A stretch of 64,000 bases of DNA from Bacillota bacterium (GTDB lineage Bacteria; Bacillota; Clostridia; Christensenellales; CAG-917), in assembly GCA_023665365.1 (NCBI GenBank), contig JAMPEA010000007.1, positions 4,516 through 68,515 on the forward strand. Reading direction: 5' to 3'. Positions 39,210-47,685 of the stretch are shown here, piece after piece. The translations under genes were made by a program, and so were the position numbers. The stretch's first letter is position 1. Each line of letters opens with the position of its first letter. A model generated the notes under the pieces. That model was not told the origin of the DNA. It saw only the letters and a list, made by a program, of their open reading frames with translations, and searched no databases.

Positions 39210-40814
39210 ATGACGTTGCTGAGAGGAGATTGGTTTTACGTACTGCTTGTGTTTGTCGCCGCGTTTTTTATGACGCGTCCGTATCTTTACGCAATCCAGC
39301 AGGACAATTACAGGATAGGCGAAGTATTCAAAAACAAGCGATTGAGTTTCGTGTATCTGATAGACGTGGGAACCGTCGCGCTGTTTATAGGGATATGGTG
39401 CATATTTTACTTTTTGCAAACCCGCGCGTTTTGGGGATTTTTGACCGTATTGTTTTTCTTTATCGCGGAGTTTGCCATGTACTTTATGGAGGACTTACCG
39501 ACGCGAAAAAAGCCGCTTAGATATACAAAACGAGCGGTTAGATGTTTGTTTTTTGTGACTGCCGCTACTACTGTGACGGTGATAGCGGCATTCGCTGTGG
39601 GCAACGCTCATATAAAACAGCAATATCTGCGCTATCTTGTTCTGTTTTTATATCCTCTTATATATCCCGCAATGTTTATAGTGTTTGGGTCGATTATAAA
39701 CGTATTTGAAAAGATAAACAACAAGCGTTACGAGGCACGCACGGCAAGGCGGCTTGCCGAAAGTAAGTCGCTTATTAAAATTGCAATTACGGGCAGTTAT
39801 GGCAAGACTTCCGTCAAAAACTTTTTAAACGCGATGCTTGCAGAAAAATATAATGTGCTTGTGACTCCCGCAAGTTTTAATACGCCTATGGGAATTGCAA
39901 AGACAGTCAACGAGCTCGACGGCACGCACGACGTTTTTATCGCCGAATTCGGAGCGAGACGCGTCGGGGATATTAAAACGTTGATGAAAATTGTCAAGCC
40001 TGCGTATACGATTTTGACGGGAATAAATTCACAACACCTCGAAACTTTCCGCACACAGGAGAATATCACGCGGGAGAAGTGCAGAATACTCGACGTGAAA
40101 GAGGACGGAATTTGCGTTGTAAACGGAGTGTTTAAAGACAGCGCGGAAAATTATTTAAAAGGAGCGAAAAAGCCTCCTCGCATTGTATACGTAGGAGTTG
40201 ACGAACAAAACGATTTCAGAGCGGAGCAAATACGCACGACGGAAAACGGCAGTGATTTTGATATTGTACTGGATGGCGAGTCCTATTACGTACAGACTCC
40301 GCTAATCGGTCGTCACAACATAGAAAATATTGTGCTTGCCGCGACTATGGCGTATCAACTTGGGGTAGAAGTTCCGTTTATACTTGACGCTATCGAAAAA
40401 CTACAACCAGTTCCCCATAGAATGGAATTGATTCACGGCAACGGAATTAAGATAATCGACGATAGCTTTAACTCCAATCCCGACGGCGCAAAAATGGCGA
40501 TAGAAACGCTCGCGCTGTTTGACGGCAGAAAAGTAGTGCTGACTCCCGGGCTTGTGGAACTTGGAGCGCAGGAGAGTGAAGAAAACTACAAGCTCGGCAT
40601 TTGTATGGCTAACGTCGCCGACCTTGCGATGCTCGTAGGCGCAAAGCGTACGGACGCAATAAGGCGAGGGCTTATCGACGGCGGATACGGCGGGGAAATA
40701 CATATATATGAAAGTTTAAAATGCGCCGAGGACGATTTTAAGGAGCGTCTGCATGTCGGGGACGTTCTGCTGATATTAAATGATTTACCCGACATATACG
40801 ATGAAAAGCGATAA
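39210..40814 (+). CDS. murF: MurF-type Mur ligase (UDP-MurNAc-tripeptide--D-Ala-D-Ala ligase-like) with an N-terminal polytopic membrane domain
   Basis: P-loop ITGSYGKTS, then AEFGARRVGDI, ILTGINSQHLETF, DDSFNSNPDG and LTPGLVELG. The first ~170 aa contain about five hydrophobic helices. ddl is adjacent. Confidence 0.7.
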   Translation: MTLLRGDWFYVLLVFVAAFFMTRPYLYAIQQDNYRIGEVFKNKRLSFVYLIDVGTVALFIGIWCIFYFLQTRAFWGFLTVLFFFIAEFAMYFMEDLPTRKKPLRYTKRAVRCLFFVTAATTVTVIAAFAVGNAHIKQQYLRYLVLFLYPLIYPAMFIVFGSIINVFEKINNKRYEARTARRLAESKSLIKIAITGSYGKTSVKNFLNAMLAEKYNVLVTPASFNTPMGIAKTVNELDGTHDVFIAEFGARRVGDIKTLMKIVKPAYTILTGINSQHLETFRTQENITREKCRILDVKEDGICVVNGVFKDSAENYLKGAKKPPRIVYVGVDEQNDFRAEQIRTTENGSDFDIVLDGESYYVQTPLIGRHNIENIVLAATMAYQLGVEVPFILDAIEKLQPVPHRMELIHGNGIKIIDDSFNSNPDGAKMAIETLALFDGRKVVLTPGLVELGAQESEENYKLGICMANVADLAMLVGAKRTDAIRRGLIDGGYGGEIHIYESLKCAEDDFKERLHVGDVLLILNDLPDIYDEKR

Positions 40815-40833
40815 ATTTAAAGCCATATCGACA

Positions 40834-40872
40834 AAAAGTATTATAATTTTTTAGATATTTTATAATACTTTT
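40834..40872. repeat. 13-bp perfect inverted repeat carrying the AAAGTATTATAA motif (murF-ddl spacer)
   Basis: AAAAGTATTATAA (40834-40846), 13 nt, TTATAATACTTTT (40860-40872). Confidence 0.6.
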
Positions 40873-40972
40873 CCATTATTTAGGTCTTAAATAACTTTGC
40901 ACAGAGGGCTTTTTAGTTTTTCACTTTTTAAGAGCGCTAAGCATAGTTATATTATGAGTGTGAGGTTTTATT

Positions 40973-42097
40973 ATGCGAAAAAAAGTTGCTTTGATTTTCG
41001 GCGGCAGGTCGCTTGAAAGCGATATTTCGATTATAACGGCTATGCAGGTGCTCGGAAATATCGATAAGACTGCTTATAACGTTGAACCCGTTTTTATGTA
41101 CGAAGGGGATTTTTACGTAAAAAATTTAGATAGTCTTGACGCGTTTTCTTCGTTTAATCCGCTCGACCACTTGCGCGCGACGCTTTATAAAGGGGAGTTT
41201 TACACCATAAAGCGCAAAGGATTTTCAAAGTATTTCAAGCCCGACGTTGCATTTATATGCTGTCACGGCGGCGAGGGCGAGAGCGGAATTTTGCAAGCAG
41301 TGCTCGAATATAACGGCATTGCGCATACGAGTCCGTCCGTTGCGGCGTCTGCGTGCGGAATGGATAAGGCGTTGTCAAAGCAACTGTTTGAAAGTATGCT
41401 GTTGAGCGCGCTTCCGTCCGAGGTAGTGGCGAAAGCGGAATTCGAGGCTGACCCGTTACGCACTCTGCAAAGGCTTGAAAACTCGTTGAGCTATCCGCTT
41501 ATCGTAAAGCCTTCCGCGCTCGGGAGTAGTATAGGCATCACCGTTGCGGAAAACCGCGACCAACTGGAATTCGCCTTGCAGGTTGCAAGCAAATTCGATA
41601 CGAAAATACTTGTGGAGCATAAGCTCACCGATTTTACCGAAGTCAACTGCGCGGCTTTTAGAGACGGCGACAAAATAGTCGTGTCGGATACCGAACAGCC
41701 GCTTACGCTAAACGACTTTCTCACTTTCGACGATAAGTATATGTCAAACGGCAAGATGAGCGGCGGTGGGCACGTTATCCCTGCGGATATTGGCAATTTG
41801 GAGCTTATAGTAAAGGCGAATACCCAAAGAATTTACCGCGAGCTTGACCTCAATGGCGTTGTGCGAATAGACTATTTAGTGGATAAGGACAACAACAAGG
41901 TCTATATCAACGAAATCAACACGGTGCCGGGGTCTATGGCGTTTTACCTATTCGAGGGGCTCGGCATAGATTTTAAAACGCTTATCGCCAAGCTGATAGA
42001 AAACGCCGTCGATTATCAAGCGGCGCATAGAACTCCGACTAAGTTTAAAACGGACGTGCTTTCAAAATTCAAGTCGGGCGGAAAAATATCAAAGTGA
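40973..42097 (+). CDS. ddl: D-alanine--D-alanine ligase (ATP-grasp)
   Basis: Motifs ALIFGGRS.E..IS, CHGGEGESGILQ, IVKPSALGSSIG and EINTVPGS. Confidence 0.9.
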   Translation: MRKKVALIFGGRSLESDISIITAMQVLGNIDKTAYNVEPVFMYEGDFYVKNLDSLDAFSSFNPLDHLRATLYKGEFYTIKRKGFSKYFKPDVAFICCHGGEGESGILQAVLEYNGIAHTSPSVAASACGMDKALSKQLFESMLLSALPSEVVAKAEFEADPLRTLQRLENSLSYPLIVKPSALGSSIGITVAENRDQLEFALQVASKFDTKILVEHKLTDFTEVNCAAFRDGDKIVVSDTEQPLTLNDFLTFDDKYMSNGKMSGGGHVIPADIGNLELIVKANTQRIYRELDLNGVVRIDYLVDKDNNKVYINEINTVPGSMAFYLFEGLGIDFKTLIAKLIENAVDYQAAHRTPTKFKTDVLSKFKSGGKISK

Positions 42098-42103
42098 AAT
42101 AGG

Positions 42104-43015
42104 CTATTCTGAATAATCGTGCAAAGTGCCGTCGTTTTCCTGCACTAAAACGCTGTGCGGCTCGGCGTCGATAGACACCTTGCCGTCGTTGCGCATGTAG
42201 TAGGGAATATAGACGTAAATGCGTCTTTCGGCGTTGTAATCGTTAAACATAAAAAACAGCAGTTTTCCGAGCGCGTCCTTGACCTCGGGGGGCTCGCCGA
42301 CGTTGACGATGACGTTTTCATTTGTGCCGTCCGTTGAGCGCGAGATGTTCATATCGTCGTAAAAGCGGGTGTAGCCCTCGACGGTGACTCCCGATTGGCG
42401 ATAGTCGTTTTTTGTATAAATCACTATAAGCAGTTTTTTACGCGTGTTGCTTTCGGGCTGTACGATAGAAATATTCACCGTGTTTTGATTGACGAGTATC
42501 GTAGGCGTATCGACTTTTTTAATGTCGGTGTAATAACCGCGTTCTTCTTTAAATCCGCCGATAGCGCTGACCCAGTTTGCGCGGTCGATACTGCCGAGCG
42601 CGGCGGAGATGATGGCAAATACCGAGCCGAGCGCAAGTATTGCGATGCCGATATTCGTCACGGTGAAGTATTTTTTGAAGATTTCAGAGACGGGTTTATC
42701 GGCGTAAGTAACGGTTTTTTCTTTTTTTTGGTCGTTATCGACGTATTTTCCGCCTATCTTTTTGCCGTAGAAAGCGAAATATTTTTTATACGCGCTGATT
42801 AGGCTAAGCCCTATGCCTATAAGGATCGCGCTCGCGCCCGCGACGATTAGATATATCATCGCCGATTTAAACGCGATTACCGATACGACAGAGTAAAACG
42901 CAAAAAGCAATCCTCCTCCGAAACAGGCTGTCATAAGCGTGATAAGGAGGACGAACGGGACGTTCATAATCACTTTTTTCAAAAGCGCGTTTTTAGGCGC
43001 AGGAATGCGTTTCAT
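42104..43015 (-). CDS. hypothetical membrane protein (3-4 TM plus a beta-rich extracytoplasmic domain)
   Basis: The start is taken at ATG 43015 (MKRIPAPKN), which sits 6 nt after a TATAAT box. The TTG at 43039 would lie inside the promoter. I recognise no domain. Confidence 0.5.
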   Translation of the reverse strand: MKRIPAPKNALLKKVIMNVPFVLLITLMTACFGGGLLFAFYSVVSVIAFKSAMIYLIVAGASAILIGIGLSLISAYKKYFAFYGKKIGGKYVDNDQKKEKTVTYADKPVSEIFKKYFTVTNIGIAILALGSVFAIISAALGSIDRANWVSAIGGFKEERGYYTDIKKVDTPTILVNQNTVNISIVQPESNTRKKLLIVIYTKNDYRQSGVTVEGYTRFYDDMNISRSTDGTNENVIVNVGEPPEVKDALGKLLFFMFNDYNAERRIYVYIPYYMRNDGKVSIDAEPHSVLVQENDGTLHDYSE

Positions 43016-43050
43016 AAAACCATTATAATCCGCAATCAACTTAAAGTCAA
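43016..43050 (-). promoter_or_regulatory. consensus sigma-A promoter giving a leaderless mRNA
   Basis: On the minus strand: TTGACT (43045-43050), 17 nt, TATAAT (43022-43027), 6 nt, ATG (43013-43015). Confidence 0.65.
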
Positions 43051-43229
43051 TTATAAGGATAATTCTAAACTTTCTTGCATATCAATTTTATATACGGATA
43101 GATTAGGCTCGTCTGATTTGCCGCAGACTCCGCGACAGACAAATAAATCCAAATAGACGAAATTCGACACAATTTGATAAAAAAAGTTAATTTATGTGTC
43201 GAAAACGAATATATAATCGAGGTGATCGA

Positions 43230-43997
43230 GTGTTTATAACGATTGGAAAGAAGAGTTTAATAACCGCAGCGTCGTTGCTGATAGCGGGTGTGATACTGCT
43301 TTGCACTCTGGGCGCGACGTCCACCGCGTCGGTGTTCTTCGGCAAAAGCTCGCGCAAGATACCCGTGTACGGCGTAGACGTGCAGGACGACAAAAAGGTG
43401 ATAGCGCTTACGTTCGACGCGGCTTGGGGCGCGGATAAGACGCAGGGCATACTCGACGCAATGGCAAAGTACGACGCAAAGGGCACGTTCTTCCTCGTAG
43501 GATTTTGGATTGACAAATTCGAAGAGGAGACGAAAGCTATCGCAAACGCGGGCTTCGATATAGGCAATCACTCGCGCAATCATCTGAATATGCCTAAGCT
43601 CAGCGATGCGGAAATTCGCGCAGAGATAGAGTACGTCAACGACAGAGTAAGCGAACTTACAGGCATAACTCCTACGTATTTCAGAGCGCCTTTCGGCGAT
43701 TACAGCGACCGACTTATGTCCGCGCTCGAAGAGCTCAATATGACGGGAGTGCAGTGGTCTATCGACAGCCTCGACTGGAAAGGACTTTCGGCAAAGGAGA
43801 TTTTCGAGAGGGTAGTCCCAAAGGCAAAGAGCGGAGATATAATCCTGTTTCACAACAACAGCGACCATATTCTCGACGCGCTTCCGCTGATACTGAACGC
43901 GCTGAAAGCCGACGGCTTCGAGTTCGTCACGCTTAGCGAACTTGTAGCGACAAAGGGCTACACTGTTGACAATAACGGGATACAGCACTTATCATAG
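43230..43997 (+). CDS. polysaccharide deacetylase (NodB homology domain; PdaA/PdaB-like)
   Basis: Motifs ALTFDAAWG, GTFFLVG, GNHSRNH and ILFHNN, with an N-terminal signal anchor. GTG 43230 follows a GAGGTG SD; the ATG at 43194 has no SD. Confidence 0.85.
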   Translation: MFITIGKKSLITAASLLIAGVILLCTLGATSTASVFFGKSSRKIPVYGVDVQDDKKVIALTFDAAWGADKTQGILDAMAKYDAKGTFFLVGFWIDKFEEETKAIANAGFDIGNHSRNHLNMPKLSDAEIRAEIEYVNDRVSELTGITPTYFRAPFGDYSDRLMSALEELNMTGVQWSIDSLDWKGLSAKEIFERVVPKAKSGDIILFHNNSDHILDALPLILNALKADGFEFVTLSELVATKGYTVDNNGIQHLS

Positions 43998-44057
43998 TAT
44001 AGGGTGCGAAAACAAATAAAAATACAGCCGTACGGAATTCCGTATATGGAGGATGAA

Positions 44058-44675
44058 ATGAGCTACGAACAGATGCAGAACAACAGAGTATGCCTTAGCG
44101 GCAGAATAATGAGCGAGGCCGAATTTTCGCACGAGATAATGGGCGAGGGATTTTACGATTTGAACGTCGCCGTCAAACGTTTGTCGGGACAGGAAGATAT
44201 AATTCCGCTTACCGTATCCGAGCGACTTATGGAACGGGAAAACTTTCAAATCGGCAATCTAATCGGGGTAATCGGGCAATTTAGAAGCTACAACAAGATT
44301 GTTGACAACAGAAGTAAATTGGTGCTTAGAGTGTTTGTGCGCGAGCTTTCCGCTCCCGACGAGGACGACCCGAACACGATAGAGATAGACGGCTTTGTGT
44401 GCAAGCCGCCAATATACAGGACGACTCCGTTCAAGCGTGAAATCACGGATTTGCTAATCGCCGTCAACAGGGCGTACAACAAGTCGGATTATATCCCTGC
44501 AATCGCTTGGGGCAGAAACGCGAGATTCGCGGGCAATTTTTCCGTTGGGGACAGAGTGCAGATTGTGGGGCGTATTCAATCGCGCATATATCAAAAACAG
44601 CTTGACGACGGAACGGTGGACGAGCGCACCGCATACGAGGTTTCCATTTCCAAGCTCGACCTAATAGAATCTTAA
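44058..44675 (+). CDS. tandem OB-fold, SSB-like protein lacking an acidic tail
   Basis: Two halves share the pattern N.V.L.G....P.F.H...GE.FY...V...R.S...D.IP: NNRVCLSGRIMSEAEFSHEIMGEGFY... and IEIDGFVCKPPIYRTTPFKREITD... GGAGGA SD precedes ATG 44058. Confidence 0.45.
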   Translation: MSYEQMQNNRVCLSGRIMSEAEFSHEIMGEGFYDLNVAVKRLSGQEDIIPLTVSERLMERENFQIGNLIGVIGQFRSYNKIVDNRSKLVLRVFVRELSAPDEDDPNTIEIDGFVCKPPIYRTTPFKREITDLLIAVNRAYNKSDYIPAIAWGRNARFAGNFSVGDRVQIVGRIQSRIYQKQLDDGTVDERTAYEVSISKLDLIES

Positions 44676-44707
44676 TAATCAGCGCCTTGGGGTTATCGGC
44701 GCGCTTC

Positions 44708-44737
44708 GCGGGAGCAACGTCGTTGCTCCCGCTTTTA
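44708..44737 (+). terminator. intrinsic terminator
   Basis: GCGGGAGCAACG-t-CGTTGCTCCCGC followed by TTTT. Confidence 0.85.
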
Positions 44738-44820
44738 TAGGTTTTTTGACACTTTAAAGAGCTACGCAATAATATTTGCCGTTAAATTTTTCTTTAATTT
44801 TGTTTTTGGCGCGCGAAGTA

Positions 44821-44849
44821 TTTACATTTATTAAAAACTGTTATATAAT
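44821..44849 (+). promoter_or_regulatory. promoter of the alpha-galactosidase/yggS/sepF operon
   Basis: TTTACA (44821-44826), 17 nt, TATAAT (44844-44849). Confidence 0.6.
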
Positions 44850-44885
44850 TAACTATCTAAAAATAACGGGGGTTATGTAGAGTTT

Positions 44886-46580
44886 ATGAATTTAAAAGAC
44901 TATACGCTTAAATTGACTTACGTAGCGGACGGAGCTATAAGCGAGCTGACCGCAGATTGCGCAGAGCTCAACGGCGGTTTTGAAAACGAGGATATTTCGC
45001 TTGCAGAGGTCGGGGGATTAAATGAGATTCGCATAAATCTTTGCGCCAAGAAACCGCTTACTCTTAAAGCGGCGGAGTTGATTTACGACCACTATTTTGA
45101 AACCAACGAGAAGTTTTTCGCAAACGGATTTCAATCTTGGACGCTGACGAGAGAATACGGTCACGGCGACCTGCAAAAGGGGCTTGCGCCTATTTGCAAA
45201 CTCCCAAAGGCGCGCGAATTTGCAGGAGCGTCGGGCGATTACTATTTTACGCGATACGGCAAAAATCTGTATCACAGCTTTACCTATACATATCTGCGTC
45301 ACGGCGGAAGCGTGGAGCTTTTAGGTTCGCTCAACGAGCGCACGGGATACACGGTTTTCTATGCGGATATGAGTGAAAATTTGCTTTGCGCGGTTAAGGA
45401 CGTAGAGGGCGCAGAGGTGAACGGCGAGTATGAACTTTTCAACTTCATTCGCACGTTCGGCAACTACGACCAAGCGTTCGACGCGTACTTCGAGGCGTAT
45501 CCCTTAAAGCATACGGGACGGGTAAATCATTTTGCGGGATACACGTCTTGGTACAACTACTATCAGAATATCGATGAGAAAATCATCCTGCGCGACCTCG
45601 AAGGCTTAAAGAGGGTGGATAACGCAAATATCTTCCAAATCGACGACGGCTACGAAACTATGGTCGGCGACTGGACTATCGACGAAAAAAAGTTCCCCAA
45701 CGGGCTTTTGCCTATCGTGGAAAAGATACACGCGCAGGGGCTTAAAGCGGGGCTTTGGTGCGCTCCGTTCTCGGCGCAGTTCAAGGCGAATATCGTAAAG
45801 GAGCGCCCCGAGTGGTTTATATGCGGCAAAAACGGCAAGCCTCTTATCAGCGGAATGGCGTGGGGCGGATTTTACGCGCTCGATTTTGAAATCGAGGAAG
45901 TGCGCGAGTACGTAAGGGCTTTGTTTGACAAAATCTTCAACGAGTGGGGCTTCGATATGGTCAAGCTGGATTTTCTCTACTGCGCGGCGATTTATCCGAG
46001 AAACGGCAAGTCGAGAGGTCAGCTTATGTGCGAAGCGTTGGACTTTTTGCGCGAGTGTTGCGGGGATAAACTGTTCCTCGGATGCGGCGTTCCGCTCGGA
46101 CCTGCGTTCGGCATTGTGGATGCTTGCCGCATAGGTTGCGACGCCGAAACGTCTTACAAAAACAAGTTCTACGTCGGCATCACCAATCAGGAAATCATAT
46201 CCACTCAAAACGCCATGACCGATGCTGTTTTCCGCCGTCATCTGAACGGCAGAATATTTGCCAACGACCCCGACGTATTCTTCCTGCGCAACGGCGGCGT
46301 AAAGCCCGCAAAGTACACCTTGGAACAGAAAAAACTGCTTGCCAAGCTCAACAATATGTTCGGGTCTGTACTGTTTGTAAGCGACTATATCGGCGACTAC
46401 GACGACGCTCAGCTCGAAATCCTCAACGAAAGCTACAAGCCGTTCGAGGGAAAAGTAAAACGCGCGGAGTACGTCGGCGCGGACTGCATACAGATACTGT
46501 ACTTGCTTAACGGAGAGGAGTACACCCTTAAATACAACGTTTCGACGGGCGAATATTCCGACAAACGTAAGGAAAAATGA
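44886..46580 (+). CDS. alpha-galactosidase-like glycoside hydrolase (GH36/GH27 clan)
   Basis: Motifs FQIDDGYETMVGDW, KFPNGL, GLWCAPF and the catalytic-type MVKLDFLY. 564 aa. Confidence 0.75.
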   Translation: MNLKDYTLKLTYVADGAISELTADCAELNGGFENEDISLAEVGGLNEIRINLCAKKPLTLKAAELIYDHYFETNEKFFANGFQSWTLTREYGHGDLQKGLAPICKLPKAREFAGASGDYYFTRYGKNLYHSFTYTYLRHGGSVELLGSLNERTGYTVFYADMSENLLCAVKDVEGAEVNGEYELFNFIRTFGNYDQAFDAYFEAYPLKHTGRVNHFAGYTSWYNYYQNIDEKIILRDLEGLKRVDNANIFQIDDGYETMVGDWTIDEKKFPNGLLPIVEKIHAQGLKAGLWCAPFSAQFKANIVKERPEWFICGKNGKPLISGMAWGGFYALDFEIEEVREYVRALFDKIFNEWGFDMVKLDFLYCAAIYPRNGKSRGQLMCEALDFLRECCGDKLFLGCGVPLGPAFGIVDACRIGCDAETSYKNKFYVGITNQEIISTQNAMTDAVFRRHLNGRIFANDPDVFFLRNGGVKPAKYTLEQKKLLAKLNNMFGSVLFVSDYIGDYDDAQLEILNESYKPFEGKVKRAEYVGADCIQILYLLNGEEYTLKYNVSTGEYSDKRKEK

Positions 46581-47242
46581 TACTCTACGGCAATATCGAA
46601 CAAGTGCGCAAAGATATAGCGTCCTGCGGGCGAGAGGTCGTGCTTATAGCCGCTTGCAAAACGCAGACTAAGGACGTTATCGACGGGTTTATGGCATACG
46701 CGCCCGATTTCGTACTCGGCGAAAACCGCGTGCAGGAACTTACGGCAAAGTATGACGCTAAGTACGATTGGCACTTCATCGGGCAGTTGCAGACTAACAA
46801 GGTCAAATATATAATCGACAAGGTGAGTTTGATACACTCGCTCGACAGATTAGAACTCGCAAATGAGATTGAGAAACAGGCGGCGAAGCGTCATAAAGTG
46901 CAAGCCTGCCTAATCGAAGTCAATATGGGCGGGGAGCTTACTAAGGGCGGCGTATCGCCGAACGACGCGCTTGATTTTATCCGCTCGCTAAAAGATTTCG
47001 AGCACATCAAAATCGAGGGAATTATGTCGGTGTTGCCGAATTTAGGCGACACGGAAAAGTTACACTCCCTTTACGAAAAGCTGTACGGGCTTTTCGAGAA
47101 CGCGAAAGGCTTGACGCAACCCAATGCGGACGTAAAATATTTATCGGCGGGAATGAGCGCGGATTATAAAATCGCGCTTGCGCACGGCGCGAATATGATA
47201 CGCTTAGGCAGGATTATATTCGGCGAGCGTCCCGCGATTTGA
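46577..47242 (+). CDS. yggS: YggS family PLP homeostasis protein
   Basis: AACKTQ (PLP lysine), HFIGQLQTNKV and SAGMSADY. There is an ATGA overlap with the upstream gene. Confidence 0.9.
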   Translation: MILYGNIEQVRKDIASCGREVVLIAACKTQTKDVIDGFMAYAPDFVLGENRVQELTAKYDAKYDWHFIGQLQTNKVKYIIDKVSLIHSLDRLELANEIEKQAAKRHKVQACLIEVNMGGELTKGGVSPNDALDFIRSLKDFEHIKIEGIMSVLPNLGDTEKLHSLYEKLYGLFENAKGLTQPNADVKYLSAGMSADYKIALAHGANMIRLGRIIFGERPAI

Positions 47243-47271
47243 CAAAACGCTATTTGTATGACGAGGTAGTT

Positions 47272-47676
47272 ATGGACGAAAGAAATTTCAGAGCCGATGC
47301 CGCAGGCGACAGAATGTCCGGCGGCAGCAGAATGGGCCGTCTGTTTTCACGCGAGAGCAGACCGACCCCGACCAAGCAAACGCAGGATACTTCCGCGCAA
47401 CAGTATATGAGCGGCTTCGGCGGTTCGAGCGGGGTAGTTATCAATTCGCCGACGACCTACGAGGACGTGCAACTGTTGATTGACCATCTCAAAATGCAGG
47501 AGCAGGTCATCGTGGATTTTTCCACCGTCAACCAAACGTCGGTGTATCGCATACTCGATTTTATGAGCGGCGCAATCTACGCGCTCGGCGGCAGTATACA
47601 GCAGATAACCAAAAACATCTTCCTATTTGCGCCGAAGGGGGTTTCGATAACCGTTCCGCCTCAACTTCGCAGATAA
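47272..47676 (+). CDS. sepF: cell division protein SepF
   Basis: The C-terminal domain reads SPTTYEDVQLLIDHLKMQEQVIVDF...ILDFMSGAIYALGGSIQQI. GAGGT SD precedes ATG 47272. Confidence 0.85.
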   Translation: MDERNFRADAAGDRMSGGSRMGRLFSRESRPTPTKQTQDTSAQQYMSGFGGSSGVVINSPTTYEDVQLLIDHLKMQEQVIVDFSTVNQTSVYRILDFMSGAIYALGGSIQQITKNIFLFAPKGVSITVPPQLRR

Positions 47677-47685
47677 GGAGCTTGT

